From Octopus sinensis (taxonomy: Eukaryota), in assembly GCF_006345805.1 (NCBI RefSeq), contig NC_043011.1, positions 19,852,464 through 19,916,463 on the forward strand: DNA of 64,000 nucleotides. Direction: 5' to 3'. Positions 1 through 13,199 of this stretch are shown here, piece by piece. Numbering within the stretch: position 1 is the first letter of the stretch; the number at the start of each line of letters is the position of its first letter. Below the pieces are notes generated by a model, which saw nothing but the letters and a program-made list of their open reading frames with translations, was not told the DNA's origin and did not search any database. Position numbers and translations under genes: made by a program.

Positions 1-166
1 AGAACATGAGTGTATTTGCAAATGTGTTGATTGGTATAAACTGGAAAATGAAAAGAGAAAAGACAAAAAAGAAAGAAAGAAAATACTTTGAAATGAAATT
101 TCAATGAACTGACCACACCAAATTGAAAAGAAACCTCTCTCTCTTTCCCATCTATCTATCTATCTA

Positions 167-207
<41 letters not shown>

Positions 208-453
208 CTATCCTTTTCACATCCTATAGTATTATTACTTCCCCCCCCCTCTTTCTTGATCCTCCTCAACCATCTCTATCTATCTATTCTCCCCCCACCA
301 AATTGTTTTTCTATCTCTCTCGCCCTTTTTCCAAAACAACAAAATCAATATTCTCCAATTCTAAACAACCCCCCCCCCAAAAAAAAAAAACATCCGATTC
401 ATATAAACGAACAACGGAAAGTTCAGTTTTTACCATTTTGATTTTCATTTTAT

Positions 454-491
454 CTTGACGAGTTCGCAAGCGAACGAAAGCGCTGCTGAAC
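454..491 (+). ncRNA. Degenerate minimal hammerhead ribozyme-like motif
   Basis: C(T)TGACGA-GTTCGC aa GCGAAC-GAAA-GCGC-TG. Stem II is perfect and stem III palindromic, but there is an extra T in the core, G at the cleavage position and no adjacent stem I partner; probably inactive. Confidence 0.45.
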
Positions 492-602
492 GATTATCCA
501 ACATTCTGACTGTCTCCTTTTTTCTTTTAATATGCAATATCTGTACACCACTTCAAACATTCTTGAATACATATAAATATAAAATAAATACACACACACA
601 CG

Positions 603-660
<58 letters not shown>

Positions 661-864
661 GGTTCCCAGGAAGCTACAAGATGTTGCACGGTTTACTCAC
701 CGCGGCATACACTGTTTGTGGTAGCAGAAACAGCCGGAGGCTTATGATATTTATCCCGTAACTCTTGTTCCCTCGTCAGTTGATAATTACTATTTTACCC
801 TATACTCGCCTAACGTTTTATTATGAAGCATATGTATATTGCTTTCTAACAACTATCGCAATGC

Positions 865-899
<35 letters not shown>

Positions 900-2336
900 C
901 ATAAATATATATGTATATATATATATACATATATACATATATATATATATATATTATATATTATATATTATATATATATATATACTTTATATATATATAT
1001 TGTTGGTATATTTTTTAATATATATCTTATGTGCTGAGGTATAAATTTCCTCAATCTCTTATAAAGAATATCTCATCTGTTCCATTCTAAACTTTGATTG
1101 TAAGAAATATAATGTTTGGAACTAGTGGGAAGTATTTCAGTATATTGAGCTTAGCGAACTGAAGTAAAAGAAGTGATTTTCAACTAAATACCTACTTTTT
1201 TTATTGTCGGCAACAAAATATAGTATACGAATATAAAATCTACTTCAGACATGCGACATAAAATTTACTGCTTGAAAAATCTTGACTTAGTTGATTCAAA
1301 TTCGACTTGCTTTTCCGGAAATAAATTCGATGACAATTTTACTCACGGTATCAACATGTGATGCTGACACGGTAATAGTGTTGGTATCAAACGAATAGAC
1401 GTTTCCTCTAAGTCTCCTGGCCATAAAATAAATCCTCTGATGTCACGTTACAATGGCTTCTCTACATCGTCTCTGAATCAAAATTATTTGATATCCGTGC
1501 CATAATAGCAGAAACAGACATAAATCTGCTTGAAAGTCATTGCCAATGGTCGTTATCATACCGGGGATAGTAAAAGACGGAACAGAAAAGGAGTCAGACG
1601 GACAACAAATTGTTCGTGGTTTGGTTTTGTCACTAAATGTGACTAATTTCAAGGTCAAAGATCCTAGTTCGCTGCAGCCTAGCCTTACGATTTGTGGGCA
1701 GCGCTAGACAATGAGAGCATTGCATAGTTCACAAGTATTATCAACTATAAAGATGGAATCATGTCACATAAATTTTGATTGATATTAGGTAAATGAATGA
1801 TCATGAATCGAAATGTATATCATATAGCAAATTTACATACAGTTTATCAATTATGGTCTTTCTTAGTTATAGTATTACCTCCAAGCTCTTTCTTTCATAA
1901 ATGAATGGCCAGCATGATAGCAGCGGCTTGAAGATCCACCACGCTAATTAAAAGGAGACCATAGTTCATACCTGTCTGACTTTCTCCTAAGCATTGTCAA
2001 GATGCAAACTAGACATCATCTCACACCGACTCGCCTCAAGTCTCATGCAAAAATCCCCGATAAAGCATTCCATAATAATGAATCAATCACTGCATCATTA
2101 AACAAGGAAATAATCACTGCTCAGGTCACATAAAGCATCAGCGCACACAATAAACACAGGCAACACGCAAACGCTTTTGTAAATGCTCCAAGTGCTATTC
2201 AACGCTCTGGAGAAGTCATATCTTTAACATACTAAGTGTGCAACGGAAATGGTAGTATTTTGTTTTTGGATTTGGTTTGCAAGATTCTTTATATGAGTTC
2301 GTGTGTTGAAGCATATTCTGTTGTGTCTGGGGAGAG

Positions 2337-2520
2337 TCATTTTCTTTTTGTGCCTTACTATTTAACACACTCACCGGTAAAATTTCCACTTTTTTTCTTA
2401 TTTCTATTGTCCTAAAATTTTCGTTGCGTCTTGCAACCTTTTCAAACGAAAATTTTAGGACAATAAAAATAAGAAAAAAAGTGGAAAAAAAGTAAATAAT
2501 AAGGCACAAAAAGAAAATGA
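2337..2520. repeat. Imperfect inverted repeat (~185-bp hairpin), probably retroelement-derived
   Basis: tttccactttttttcttatttctattgtcctaaaattttcgtt vs aacgaaaattttaggacaataaaaataagaaaaaaagtggaaa, plus outer cattttctttttgtgcctta / taaggcacaaaaagaaaatg. Confidence 0.75.
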
Positions 2521-3122
2521 AGTGATAGTGTTTCTCTTTAAAACCGGAAATACATCTTCACAGTTTTCTGATTCAAAGGAGATCTCATATTACACCAACA
2601 GTTTTAAACTGCGCCCCACATCTGGGACGGAAACACTACAACACACTCAGTGCTTTCGATTAAGTCTAATGAAAGGCTACACGGTTATTTATTCATACAG
2701 TTTCACACACAAAAACTGCAGTTTCCAACTCCTGTTCTGCTACTACAACATTACCCATTACCGGATGGAATTCATTATTCTTGTAGCATCTTCAAACAGG
2801 AACATTCGACTCTTATGTCCCTCTGCCTCTTTTCATGCATCACCCATACATCTAGCCATCCACTTGAAACGCCCCAGCAAAGATACTAACCGGTAGGTCC
2901 TTTCTTGTAAGTATGTCGCTTCCCTATAAATACTTAAATCCTGGTCTGTATCTCTATAACAGTCGGCTACTGGCAGTAGTTAAAGCGGAACGTTAACTAC
3001 ATTGATATTAACAGTGTCGTCGTTTCTGAAGATCATGGTAAAAACTCAATACATCTAACATACCTAATAATACATACATACGCTCATACACACACACACA
3101 CACTAAGAGAGGCACACACATT

Positions 3123-3153
<31 letters not shown>

Positions 3154-3716
3154 CACATTCTAAAAGGTTATACATAACTAATGATTCAAATCACGTATTC
3201 AGCCAAATACATACATTTCCTGTCAGCCACTAGACTAGTAAATTATTTTCATATATATTTCCATAATCAATGACTAGATGATCATTTAACAGCTAATGGT
3301 AATTATATCTAGTTATCCAATGACTTCACAAGATAAATACCGTGATAAGTTGCTTCAGCCTAATTAATAGGGAGGCATTGCTTGGCACACACACACACAT
3401 ATATATGCATGTATGTATGCATATATATATATATATATAAGCGTGTATGTGTGGGCATTTGCATGAGTGATTGCGTATATATTTATGTGAATATATATTC
3501 TTATGCACATATACGCAAACACACACACACACACACATACACTCATGTATGTGTATATATGTGTGTGTGAAAATGTGTTTGTGTGTGTATCTGTGGAGAG
3601 AGAGAAATTCATAAATATGCATAATGCTAATTTACTTATCTGTGTATATGTATACGCCTTTTCATACGCTACTGAGCCTTTGTGCTTGTGTATATATATA
3701 CATACATATATATATG

Positions 3717-3787
<71 letters not shown>

Positions 3788-3839
3788 CATACATATATAC
3801 ATACATACATACATACATACATACATACATGCATACATA

Positions 3840-3892
<53 letters not shown>

Positions 3893-4859
3893 TATATATT
3901 AATATATATATGCATATGCACGCACATACATGTATATGTATGTGTGTATATGAAGCGAATGTGTGTTTAGAGACATATATCTTGCGAAATTCGTATGATA
4001 CATCCTCACATCCTTCGGTAAGAAGTGTAAAAATCAGCTATAAGCATCAGGGCCACTTTAAAATATTTCAGTCCTGTTTATCGAACAATTTTCATTTCCT
4101 TTGCTGTCATAAAGCTAGTGGTGCTAATATAACTCATGGCACTACATATTGCCTAATATTGAAGATGCTGCCTAGATTCGGAAGCTAATATCTTCATAAC
4201 GCGTCAAATCAATTTCATCCTCAATAGACATAACGATGCACGTGATTTCATACATCTACATTGCGATATCATACACAAATATATGCGTATAACTTCAAAC
4301 CTGTCGAAAGCTGTATGGATACGTATGTACATACGCTTCATACACACATACATACACGCGCATGTACACACACACACACACATATACACAGATACATACA
4401 CAAACACATATATATGAACCAAACAGAAACACGCTCACACAGACAATGAAAGGCACACTCACAAATACTGTTTTATGTATATACACACACAAATGAATGC
4501 ACATGTGAGTGTATTTCCGTATACACAATTATCGACATGATGCATGCATTGGTAAGTATGGAATATATCAAGGAGGTGGGTGACCCTTGGTAACTAGCAC
4601 TCTTCATGTTATATTAATGTGGAATATTCGCTAATTTTATGGGTCCTCAATCACTTTTATCTCCATGTTGAAAGCCCGTAGTTAGTTACTAATTTGAATC
4701 ACAGATTACTGGCATAAATCTAATAACCTCCTAGACCACGACAGGAGCGAACAGGATCTCGTCAATTTCGCAATTAATTTTGGTGGTCACATTTAAGAAT
4801 AATCTCTTGGAGAAATATAAAAGTTCCGCTTCATGTCAACGGAATAAATCTCTTCTTAT

Positions 4860-5165
4860 TAATCACGGAATTTTAGTCTCATAACATAAATATCTGATTT
4901 CTTAGATTACCTGAATGATAGTTAAATTATCGATAATATAGAGGAATTATCTTTATAAGCTAGAACATCCCAAGAATCCAAGTATGTTTGTATTTAATAT
5001 ACCAGTGGTGTTAAGGTTTAGAAATCCTCAGAACGGGAATAGTTCAATTATTGGTTTTCTGCAATTGATATTTTGTGATTTGTTAATCCAAAGACCACCC
5101 AAACAATGCATTTGGACAATTATATTGTGCACGGCACAACCTATCTGGAATTCCGTTGTTCAAAG
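4860..5165 (-). pseudogene. Possible decayed LRR N-cap (LRR-NT) fragment
   Basis: Hand translation across a frameshift: LCRAQYNCPNA...NKSQNINCRKPIIELFP, resembling the CPxxCxC...VxCxxxxLxxxP cap; many stops. Confidence 0.3.
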
Positions 5166-5946
5166 CTAATCAGATTAACAATATTCTATATACTTTTATT
5201 CCAAAAGTTATTGAATGGTGAACGTATAATTCTTCTCTTTTCGGAATTTCCCACACCGTTGAGACCGACGTAAGCGATTGCTAGTAGAATATATGCAACT
5301 CAATCGAATGGGAACCTCAGGTTCTCACTCACTCAGGAACTGTTTCACCTATGCTGAAGAATCCCGCACAACTAATGGCCATGTTAAGCCTCTCTACCAC
5401 TTAAAGCGGTTAACTCTTCATCGTCCATATACTTTATATAATCCTACACGTTAACCGCCGACTGATATTGTTGATAACTTACTTAGAAGACTTTTCGACG
5501 AACGTTTTGGTAGCACCCTGTCTTGCGTTTATAAATCCTTTCGCCTAAAGAAGATACATGAAATCAACTACCATATATCACTGCCTACGTTCAAACGTAA
5601 AAAAGAAATAATATAGCTTAACAGTAGTACGCCAAACTAGGATGTGGACCTCGCTAAAGCCATCCCAATCCGCCCGTAAAGTCCAAGCGAAGAATGTAAA
5701 TAAAAAGAAATGTATATTCAGTATTTGCAAAAACAATAAATGAAGTATAAGGGAAGGAAAAAAAAGTAGTCGTAGATGATCTCTAATTCATAATCCAAGT
5801 TGATATAGATCAAGTATAAATTCTAATTATTTTCAACGACAACCAATATGTAATTCCTAACAGATAATCTAATTTTTATTTCAAGAAGCGTTTTTCATTT
5901 TTGTCTTTGGAAATAACTAGACTCCGAAACAATTTGTAGAATATAC

Positions 5947-5990
<44 letters not shown>

Positions 5991-6152
5991 CGAAGGAAGG
6001 TTCTCATGAACTAACTCTGAATTGAGTCCGATATGGTACTAACGGGATTTTTTAGAAATTTCTGTCGGCTTTCTTCGAAATGCGTGCTTGTAGTGATAAA
6101 TTACATGGTTATTGACGTTGTGTCTATTTTCGGCATATTTTGGCATATAAAT

Positions 6153-6206
<54 letters not shown>

Positions 6207-6977
6207 TATATGTATATATATGTATATATATACATATATATATATATATACATATATATACATATTTATATATGTATATATGTATGCATATGTATGTATT
6301 ACGTTTTAGAAAATATATTTGTATCCGGTTTAATGCTATGTTGATACTAATATATTTCCTAAGAGGGCTGTAACAAGGAGCCTGTGTAGTAAGTACTGGC
6401 TCAAATATATACTGTAGTGAGTGTGCAATTTATATTTAATAAACTGACATCCTTCTTTTTTCTCAGCGGAAAAACAAATCATCAGCACTATTGAAAATTC
6501 TTTTCTTAATGGTTATGGGGCAAGGTAAAAATGACGAAAAGAAATAAGACGTATATGCATCTGTGCGTATGTGTGTGTGTATCTGAAGGTTAGTGCACAA
6601 TAGCAGCAGCAACATTCAAGAATACCCGGTTCTAGGAATACATTTACAATGGAAATTCAAGAAGAAAGAAAAAACTTGTTTGAGACAAGTTAAAATTGCA
6701 GAGAATATTTTGCTCTCCAACAGCATAACTAGAGGCTCCTATTTAATAATTTCATATTAAAATGCAATGTAGAAATATGCTTTCCTTTTCCTAGACAGCA
6801 TTGACATACATCTCTTGAAAATTCCTATTCAGATTACGCCAAAAACAGAATGACAACACAACAATAGTGTTTCCGTTACGATGCATAAGAATGTCAGAGA
6901 GTTAAATCGCATTTATTGCTAACAAGTTAGCTGACCCTACGAATAGGAAGATAATATGTTCAACAGCGTAATAATGT

Positions 6978-7093
6978 TAATAATAATAATAATAATGATA
7001 ATAATAATAATAGTAATAATAATAATAGTAATAATAATAATAGTAATAATAATAATAGTAATAATAATAGTAATAATAATAATAATAATAATA

Positions 7094-7165
<72 letters not shown>

Positions 7166-7363
7166 TTAATAATAATAATAATAATAGTAATAATAATAAT
7201 AATAATAGTAATAATAATAATATTAATAATAATAGTAATAATAATAGTAATAGTAATAATATTAATAATAATAGTAATAATAATAGTAATAGTAATAATA
7301 ATAGTAATAGTAATAGTAATAATAATAGTTATAGCAATAGTAATGATGATGATGATGATGATG
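6978..7363. repeat. (AAT)n/(AGT) trinucleotide microsatellite ending in (GAT)n
   Basis: Direct repeat; produces the spurious poly-Ile ORF 6956..7393. Confidence 0.98.
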
Positions 7364-7720
7364 ATTTTCTCCGGAGGAAAAATACGGCCATAGAAAAGTA
7401 TATGGATGGCATTGTTCGAGCTGGTGTCATATTGCTGTCGGCATAGTTATGTAGAGATACCTGATGACGAACGTATTCATGCATATGTATGAAACAAAAA
7501 AATTGGTGTCTAGAAAATCCTACGACAGCTGAACGTGATGTTAATATTCCCAGCATTCTACCGTGTATACATATATGCAACAGCATATTAGAAAAGGTGT
7601 TAGAAAAGCTTCTGGGCAAGTGCATCCATATTTATATGTTAGCGAGTTTATGGAATACAATATCTTCAGACATATTGATTGTTTTTTAATTAAGCAAAAC
7701 ATACCTGTGTATTATATATT

Positions 7721-7759
<39 letters not shown>

Positions 7760-7805
7760 AGAGAGAGAGAGAGAGAAACAGATAGACTGAGGAAGAAGAG
7801 AGATT

Positions 7806-7854
<49 letters not shown>

Positions 7855-7891
7855 AGAGATAGATAGATGCATATATACATTCATATATATA

Positions 7892-8345
7892 TAACTTAGA
7901 ATAACTTAGAAAGGTTTTGGCCAGTATTGGCTCAGGCCATGTCTAACAATAGCACCACTTGGCGAAGTCTTTCAATTCAGGATTTGGGCACCAAGGCCCA
8001 TTCGAGCAGAGAGTTATTGTTTGCGGAGACATATCCGGGTGTGGGTGGTTTCTCCGGGACTGTTTGAAGGAATTTGTCCAAAGACTTCTTGAGGCTGTGT
8101 GGTCAGTTTCTGTTTTGACGTGTTCTGGTGTAATATTGAAGAGAGCGGGTCCAATTGAGGTGAAGTAATTGTGCCGTATTGTTGTTATGAGATGTGATTT
8201 AGATTTTTGTTGTGGACCGATGGCAAGTGGTCCAAGCCTTGGATGTATTTTGAAGGTGATGCCAGCAAAATTCGGACAGTGCTGATGGAACATTTTCCAC
8301 ATCATACAGATAACGTAGCGTTCACGGCGTCGTTGGAGTGAATAC
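7892..8345 (-). mobile_element. CR1-like LINE 3' end (RT C-terminus and tail), 5'-truncated
   Basis: ORF 7943..8362 YSLQRRRERY..MWK...GPALFN; another frame gives KKSLDKFLQTIPEKPPTPGY..NNSL; short repeated tail ttctaagtta. Confidence 0.8.
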
Positions 8346-8348
8346 ATT

Positions 8349-8690
8349 TTCATCATCATCATTGTTCGACCGTGGTCGAGACAATGGAATTTACCATGTT
8401 GCGCCAGACTTCACGGTCCATCATAGCATTACGGAGGTCCTGTTGCTGGATGCCTGTATCCCTGGAGATTACATCAGGGTAGGAGAGTGTGCGCCCTCTG
8501 GTGTTGCGAGTAGATGGCTTCCAGAGGAGAAGAGTAGAAATTACTTCTTTTTCAGCTCTACAACAATGTCCAGCAAACTGGACTCTCCTACCTTTCACAA
8601 GAGATGACACAGGTGGTAATTTCCCATATATTTGCATTTTAGTTGGATGGCGCCTCCACGAGAGATTTTGAGCTTCTCTAGTCTACCCCA
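8349..8690 (-). mobile_element. RTE-group LINE 3' end
   Basis: HPTKMQIYGKLPPVSSLVKGRRVQFAGHCCR...LLLWKP...RGR..LSYPD...AMMDREVWR followed by a (TGA)n tail; abuts the CR1-like fragment. Confidence 0.85.
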
Positions 8691-8893
8691 GTAGTCGAGA
8701 TCTGACTATATATATATATATATACATATTTGTTTTGCAAGATTCGTGATGTGAAATCAACTGTTGTATTTAGGAATTGTCATTTTGCGAATTTAGCCAA
8801 TAAAAACATACGCACTATATATTTGGTGGTAATGGTCAAAATGGCTGACCGTTAGTAAGGAGAGACACACAAATAAGAAAGAAGAAAGCAAAG

Positions 8894-8937
8894 GACCACT
8901 GATGAAGTCACAGAAGTGTGACGAAAGAACTCTGGCC
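8894..8937 (+). ncRNA. Minimal type I hammerhead ribozyme inside an inverted-repeat cassette (arms ~8782-8828 and ~8989-9035)
   Basis: gacca-CTGATGA-a-GTCAC agaagt GTGAC-GAAA-gaac-TC-tggcc; core intact. A decayed homologue lies at ~10424-10465 (CTGAAGA...aaaa gatt TC). Confidence 0.7.
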
Positions 8938-9067
8938 GAAATATCATTAAGATTAATGTAAAACAGAAATAACGCTGAAGCAAATTAACACCAAATATAT
9001 AGTGCGTGTATTTTTATTGACTAAACTGGCAAAATTACCATTCCTAAATATAGAAACATATAAATAT

Positions 9068-9101
<34 letters not shown>

Positions 9102-9699
9102 ATATATATATATATATCATTAAAATGGCAGAAAAGCAAACGACGGTAACCTGCTTGTTATTCACCGATGAGGAATCTCCACCTAGTGTTTGTTAGGAGA
9201 ATCGATGATCTTGACAGACTTCCATTTCCGTGTACTTTGCTCTCATTTGTTCTTAGAGTATTTAAAATAGTCAGACGTGAAGATGAGCAGTTCTAGTGTA
9301 AGGAAACTCACCATGTTGTTTTGATATTTAATTTTGCTTTACATAAGAACTTCTAAATCTTCAGGAAAATAGAAATGTACCGATTTAAGTCCCTATCAGT
9401 CTTTTCACTCCGTTCGTCTTCGATTCATTATTGATCTCTTCCATAAGTTACACATTTATTTATATGGATATTAACTATTGTCATCTAACTATTCAATTTA
9501 AATTCCACCGCTTATACAATGTTTAATGTTTCTTTTCGTCTAAACGCCCGAAATAATCTAGATTTACAAAGACACCAATAGTGGTTCAATAGTTATCATC
9601 CTTTGTTTTTTTTGTTTGTTTTTTTTGGTTTGTTATAGGTAGTTAGTTTGTTAGTTAGTTAATTTTTTGGCTCAAAAAGCAAAAAGCCTATATTATCCA

Positions 9700-9960
9700 T
9701 GAGCGCATGGCCTAGTTGTTAGTGTTACACTCACGATCGGGAAATAGTAACATCGATTCCTGGACGGGTAGCTGCGTTGTATTCTTTAGAAAAGACATTT
9801 CAGTTAACGTTGCTCAGCGATCACTTCAACATTTGACGTGTAGTACAACGTGCATCATTACAGGTAATATCGATGTGATAGAGAGAGAATAGGGAGGATG
9901 ATCAAGAAGTTCAAAGCCATATTCACGTATAGCATCCACTGAAACCAAGGACTAGGGTGC
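9700..9960 (+). mobile_element. Old tRNA-derived SINE
   Basis: Head gcgcatggcctagttgttag...tcgattcc and body gcgttgtattcttt...cgttgctc, similar to 62161-62490. Confidence 0.55.
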
Positions 9961-10094
9961 TGGAGCATTGTCCTCAGGAAACAAGACCTTTTCGTCAGTT
10001 TTCTTGGGTGATTGATGATAGAAGTCTTTCGTAACTGCCTCAGCAAATTCGTATAATACTGCCCATTGTTGGTGTATAAAGATAATGTATAAAG

Positions 10095-10370
10095 GTAACC
10101 TACCTATTCTCCCATTTCAGCCCCATTTGACTATCATATGTTGCCCAGAATAATAACACCTTTTGCTGGGAACCAGTATCGCAGTGATAATGACATCATG
10201 TCTACTGTTCATGACTTAGTTTGACCAACAGTTTTAAAGCTCCCTCATCAATGGGATGCAAGCACTGCAACACTGATGGAAGAAATGTGTGGATCATAAG
10301 GAGAACCAAGTTGAAAAATAAACCTCTGTTGCTCACATTCCGTGAAAGTATGTTAGTCAGCCTACGAGCC
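10095..10370 (+). mobile_element. mariner transposase C-terminal relic with 3' end
   Basis: Decayed YSP.SPFDYHMLP...GMQALQH.WKKCVDHKENQVEK*, matching the mariner YSPDLAPSDYHLF...RW.KC....G.Y.E motif. Confidence 0.65.
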
Positions 10371-10668
10371 ATCACTCATGTATATGGACTAAACAGAACA
10401 GGAAGATACAGGTGGATGGAAGCGTCGCTGAAGAGGTCTCAGATGTGTGTCAAAAGATTTCCAGATAATTGAGATGAGATAAAATAAGAACAGGAATAAA
10501 CGAGTGAAGAACGAATATATAGTGCGTGTGTTAATTTCGCAAGAAAAAAGAATAAAAATGACGTTCATTAAAATAAAAAAATACTTGTCTCAACGAACGG
10601 TTTCAAATCAGGAATCTTGCAAAGCAAATTCATGAAAGTATATATATATGTAAATATAGAACGAGATA

Positions 10669-11028
10669 CTCTCACGTTGCTCCAGTTCACTCAGCTGGCA
10701 AATAAGTTGTACTCGTAATTCAAAGAGTACGCATGTACGTGGAGTGCTTATCCACTTGCACGTTAATTTCACTAGCAGGCTGTTCCATTGATCGGATCAA
10801 CTGGAACCCTCGTCGTTGTAACCGACGGCGTACCATTGTCATTCCAACAGTACACAAAATATTTTATAGGCCACACGTGACTGTGGCGTAAGAAGCTTCC
10901 TTTCCAACCAGATAATTCCAGGTTCAGCCCATTGCGTGGCGCCCTGGTCAAGAATCTTCTACTACAGCCTCGAGCCTATCAAAGCCTCGTGACTGGATGT
11001 GGGGGACGGAAACTGAAAGAAGCCCGTT
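10669..11028 (+). mobile_element. Two adjacent SINE fragments (body 10669-10835; family A head 10868-11028)
   Basis: cacgttgctccagttcactcag...gatcggatcaactggaaccctcgtcg, then gtggcgtaagaagctt...ggttcagcccattgcgtggc...acggaaactgaaagaagccc. Confidence 0.7.
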
Positions 11029-11124
11029 ATATATATGTATATATATATATACATAATATAATAAAAATTATATATATATGTGCATATACACATAGACATA
11101 TGTACATACATAAATATGTATATA

Positions 11125-11880
11125 AATGCATATATGGGTACAGGACATCACAAAACGTAAACATGAAATACGAAGACAAAAATTTGTTATACGAACAATG
11201 AGAGAACCAATGGAAAATAAGACAAGTAACATAAAGAACAACCCTTCATCAGTTGTCAGCTGTCCATCTACTCCTCATACGACTGTACCGTTTTCTTCTC
11301 TCACCCCTTCGTTTCCTCTCTCTTCCTTTCTCTAATTCTTTTTTCTCCCCTTCACCGTTTCCTATCTGGCTATCTCTCTCTCCTTCTTTCTCTTTTACTA
11401 TCTCCCTTATTGCTCACACATGACCATCGTCCATCTTTCTTTTCTTCACGTGATCGTCTTTCCTTTCTTTCACTCTGACTTACAGACCAGACGCATTCTT
11501 ATCTGCCTCCTCTTGTATCTTTTCTCTTGTCAAAGACAACATTCCTCCAGCGTTCGCTATCTTAACTCGTCTGGCCTAACGACCCCCCCCCCACGCCATG
11601 TTTGTTTTCCTTTGGTTTGTTGCATGTCTCCACTGTCCTGTTTTTGCTACCAAATTTTACGCTCCGCAAATCCCAAATTTAATTTTGATTCGCGGGAGCA
11701 ACTGCCTGTCGAAGCCTCATTTTGTCGTTAATTGCTCGAAATGAGGAGTCGATAGACAGCCGACAACTGATGAAGAGTTGCTCTTTACGTTACGTGTCTT
11801 GTTTTTCCATTTCTTTCTCTCGTTATTAGCATACTTAAGATTTTCTTCGTATTTCATGTTTACGTTTAGTGATGTAGTAT
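11125..11880. mobile_element. Inverted-repeat cassette (arms ~11143-11278 and ~11741-11876), Penelope-like remnant
   Basis: Arms are reverse complements (cttcatcagttgtcagctgtccatctactcctcat / atgaggagtcgatagacagccgacaactgatgaag); flanked by TA-rich repeats. Confidence 0.6.
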
Positions 11881-11894
11881 AGATATATATATAA

Positions 11895-12567
11895 AGTGGA
11901 ACATTATGGTGTTGGGGTGTTTCTCGGCAAATGGTAGAATGAATGCAGAGATGTACCAAAATATTTTGCACAATAATTTACGGGACTCTATAGAAAAGCT
12001 CCAGCTTTGTGAAGGTGGGTTTTGCAACAGGATAACGAACCTAAGCACACGGCGAAGTCTACCAAAAATGGATTGTCGATCACAATATAAAATTATTAGA
12101 TTGGCCAAGCCAGTCACCTGACTTGAACCACGTCGAAAATTTCTGGCGTAATTTGAAAATTAAAATTCATTCAAGAGCCACAACGTGCATTCCAGATTTG
12201 AAGAAAATTTGTCAAGAAGAATGGGAAAAAATTCCTAAAGAAACATGCGAGTCATTGATTAAGAACTACAAGAAGAGATTGGTTGAAGTGGAACTGAATA
12301 ATGGTTATGCTACGAAGTATTAAATCAGAATTATCAGTTATTTATGTTCCGTACGAATACTTTTTTCACCCCTAAATATTTATAATTGTATATAAATTCC
12401 TTAGTAACTATAATTTATTAGTTTCTTTTGCATATTCTTAGTTTATATATGTATATGCAAATATAGTATTGATATATCCCCTGTATGTTCATTAGAAATT
12501 AGATAAATAAAGAATTTTGACATGTACGAATATTTACCCCCCCCCCACACACACACACACACTGTAT
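11895..12567 (+). mobile_element. Tc1-family (DD34E) transposon, 3' part, pseudogenised
   Basis: GNIMVLGCFSANG...YQNIL...QQDN.PKHT...SPDLNHVENFW..LK...EEWEKIP...KRLVEVELNNGYATKY*; ends with cactg-TA. Confidence 0.9.
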
Positions 12568-12591
12568 ATATTTAAATGATAGTCTTGCAAA

Positions 12592-12732
12592 GTGTTACAT
12601 ATTTTTACAGTTCCAGTGATGTATTGGATCTGTAGTCTTCAAATTTGCTTTCTCCTTTCTGGTTTTGAGAATCCTAATTTCTCAAGTAGGATATTTAGGC
12701 AGTGTGCTGCATATCCCAGGGTCCCAGTAATA
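12592..12732 (-). mobile_element. Restriction-like-endonuclease (RLE) non-LTR retrotransposon C-terminal fragment
   Basis: ITGTLGYAAHCLNILLEKLGFSKPERRKQI*RLQIQYITGTVKIC, resembling the P(I)VIGALG...LQ....GT..I terminus. Confidence 0.55.
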
Positions 12733-13123
12733 TGTATGTAAGCATGTATGTATGTGTGTATGTATGTATGCATGTATGTATGAGACGCGATGTACGCTTT
12801 AGAAGGGCAACGTATTTCAAACATGCAGTGTAAATAGTTTCAACGATACACATACAGATATAGATATTTCATACGTAAGTACTATTACACGAAAATATTC
12901 GTCGTCATTCTGAACTGCTGATCACGCCATCCTCCGCTTTCTTTAGTACCTGGAAAATCATGTCAGGTGCAATCGTCTCTAAGCAATCTACTTGTCCCAA
13001 AGCTTTAATCATTTCTTCTTATATGCAGTTAGAATGTGTAAAATGACTGCATCATGCACAATTTCTGCATGTTAATATACATATATTTTACACACATGCA
13101 TGCATACACAGACACACAGACAG

Positions 13124-13199
<76 letters not shown>

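Noticed and set aside
6956-7393. Poly-Ile 'membrane protein' ORF (also 41304..41714)
   Set aside because: Pure (AAT)n microsatellite.
7455-7511. CTGATGA...GAAA with a plausible stem I (similar weak cases at ~665-740, ~32372-32420 and ~62965-63010)
   Set aside because: Stem II/III or the cleavage triplet is not satisfiable; possibly decayed hammerheads but not supportable.
11700-11790. CTGATGA and GAAA in the inverted cassette read as a type II/III hammerhead
   Set aside because: The order and pairing of the motifs do not give a closed three-way junction.
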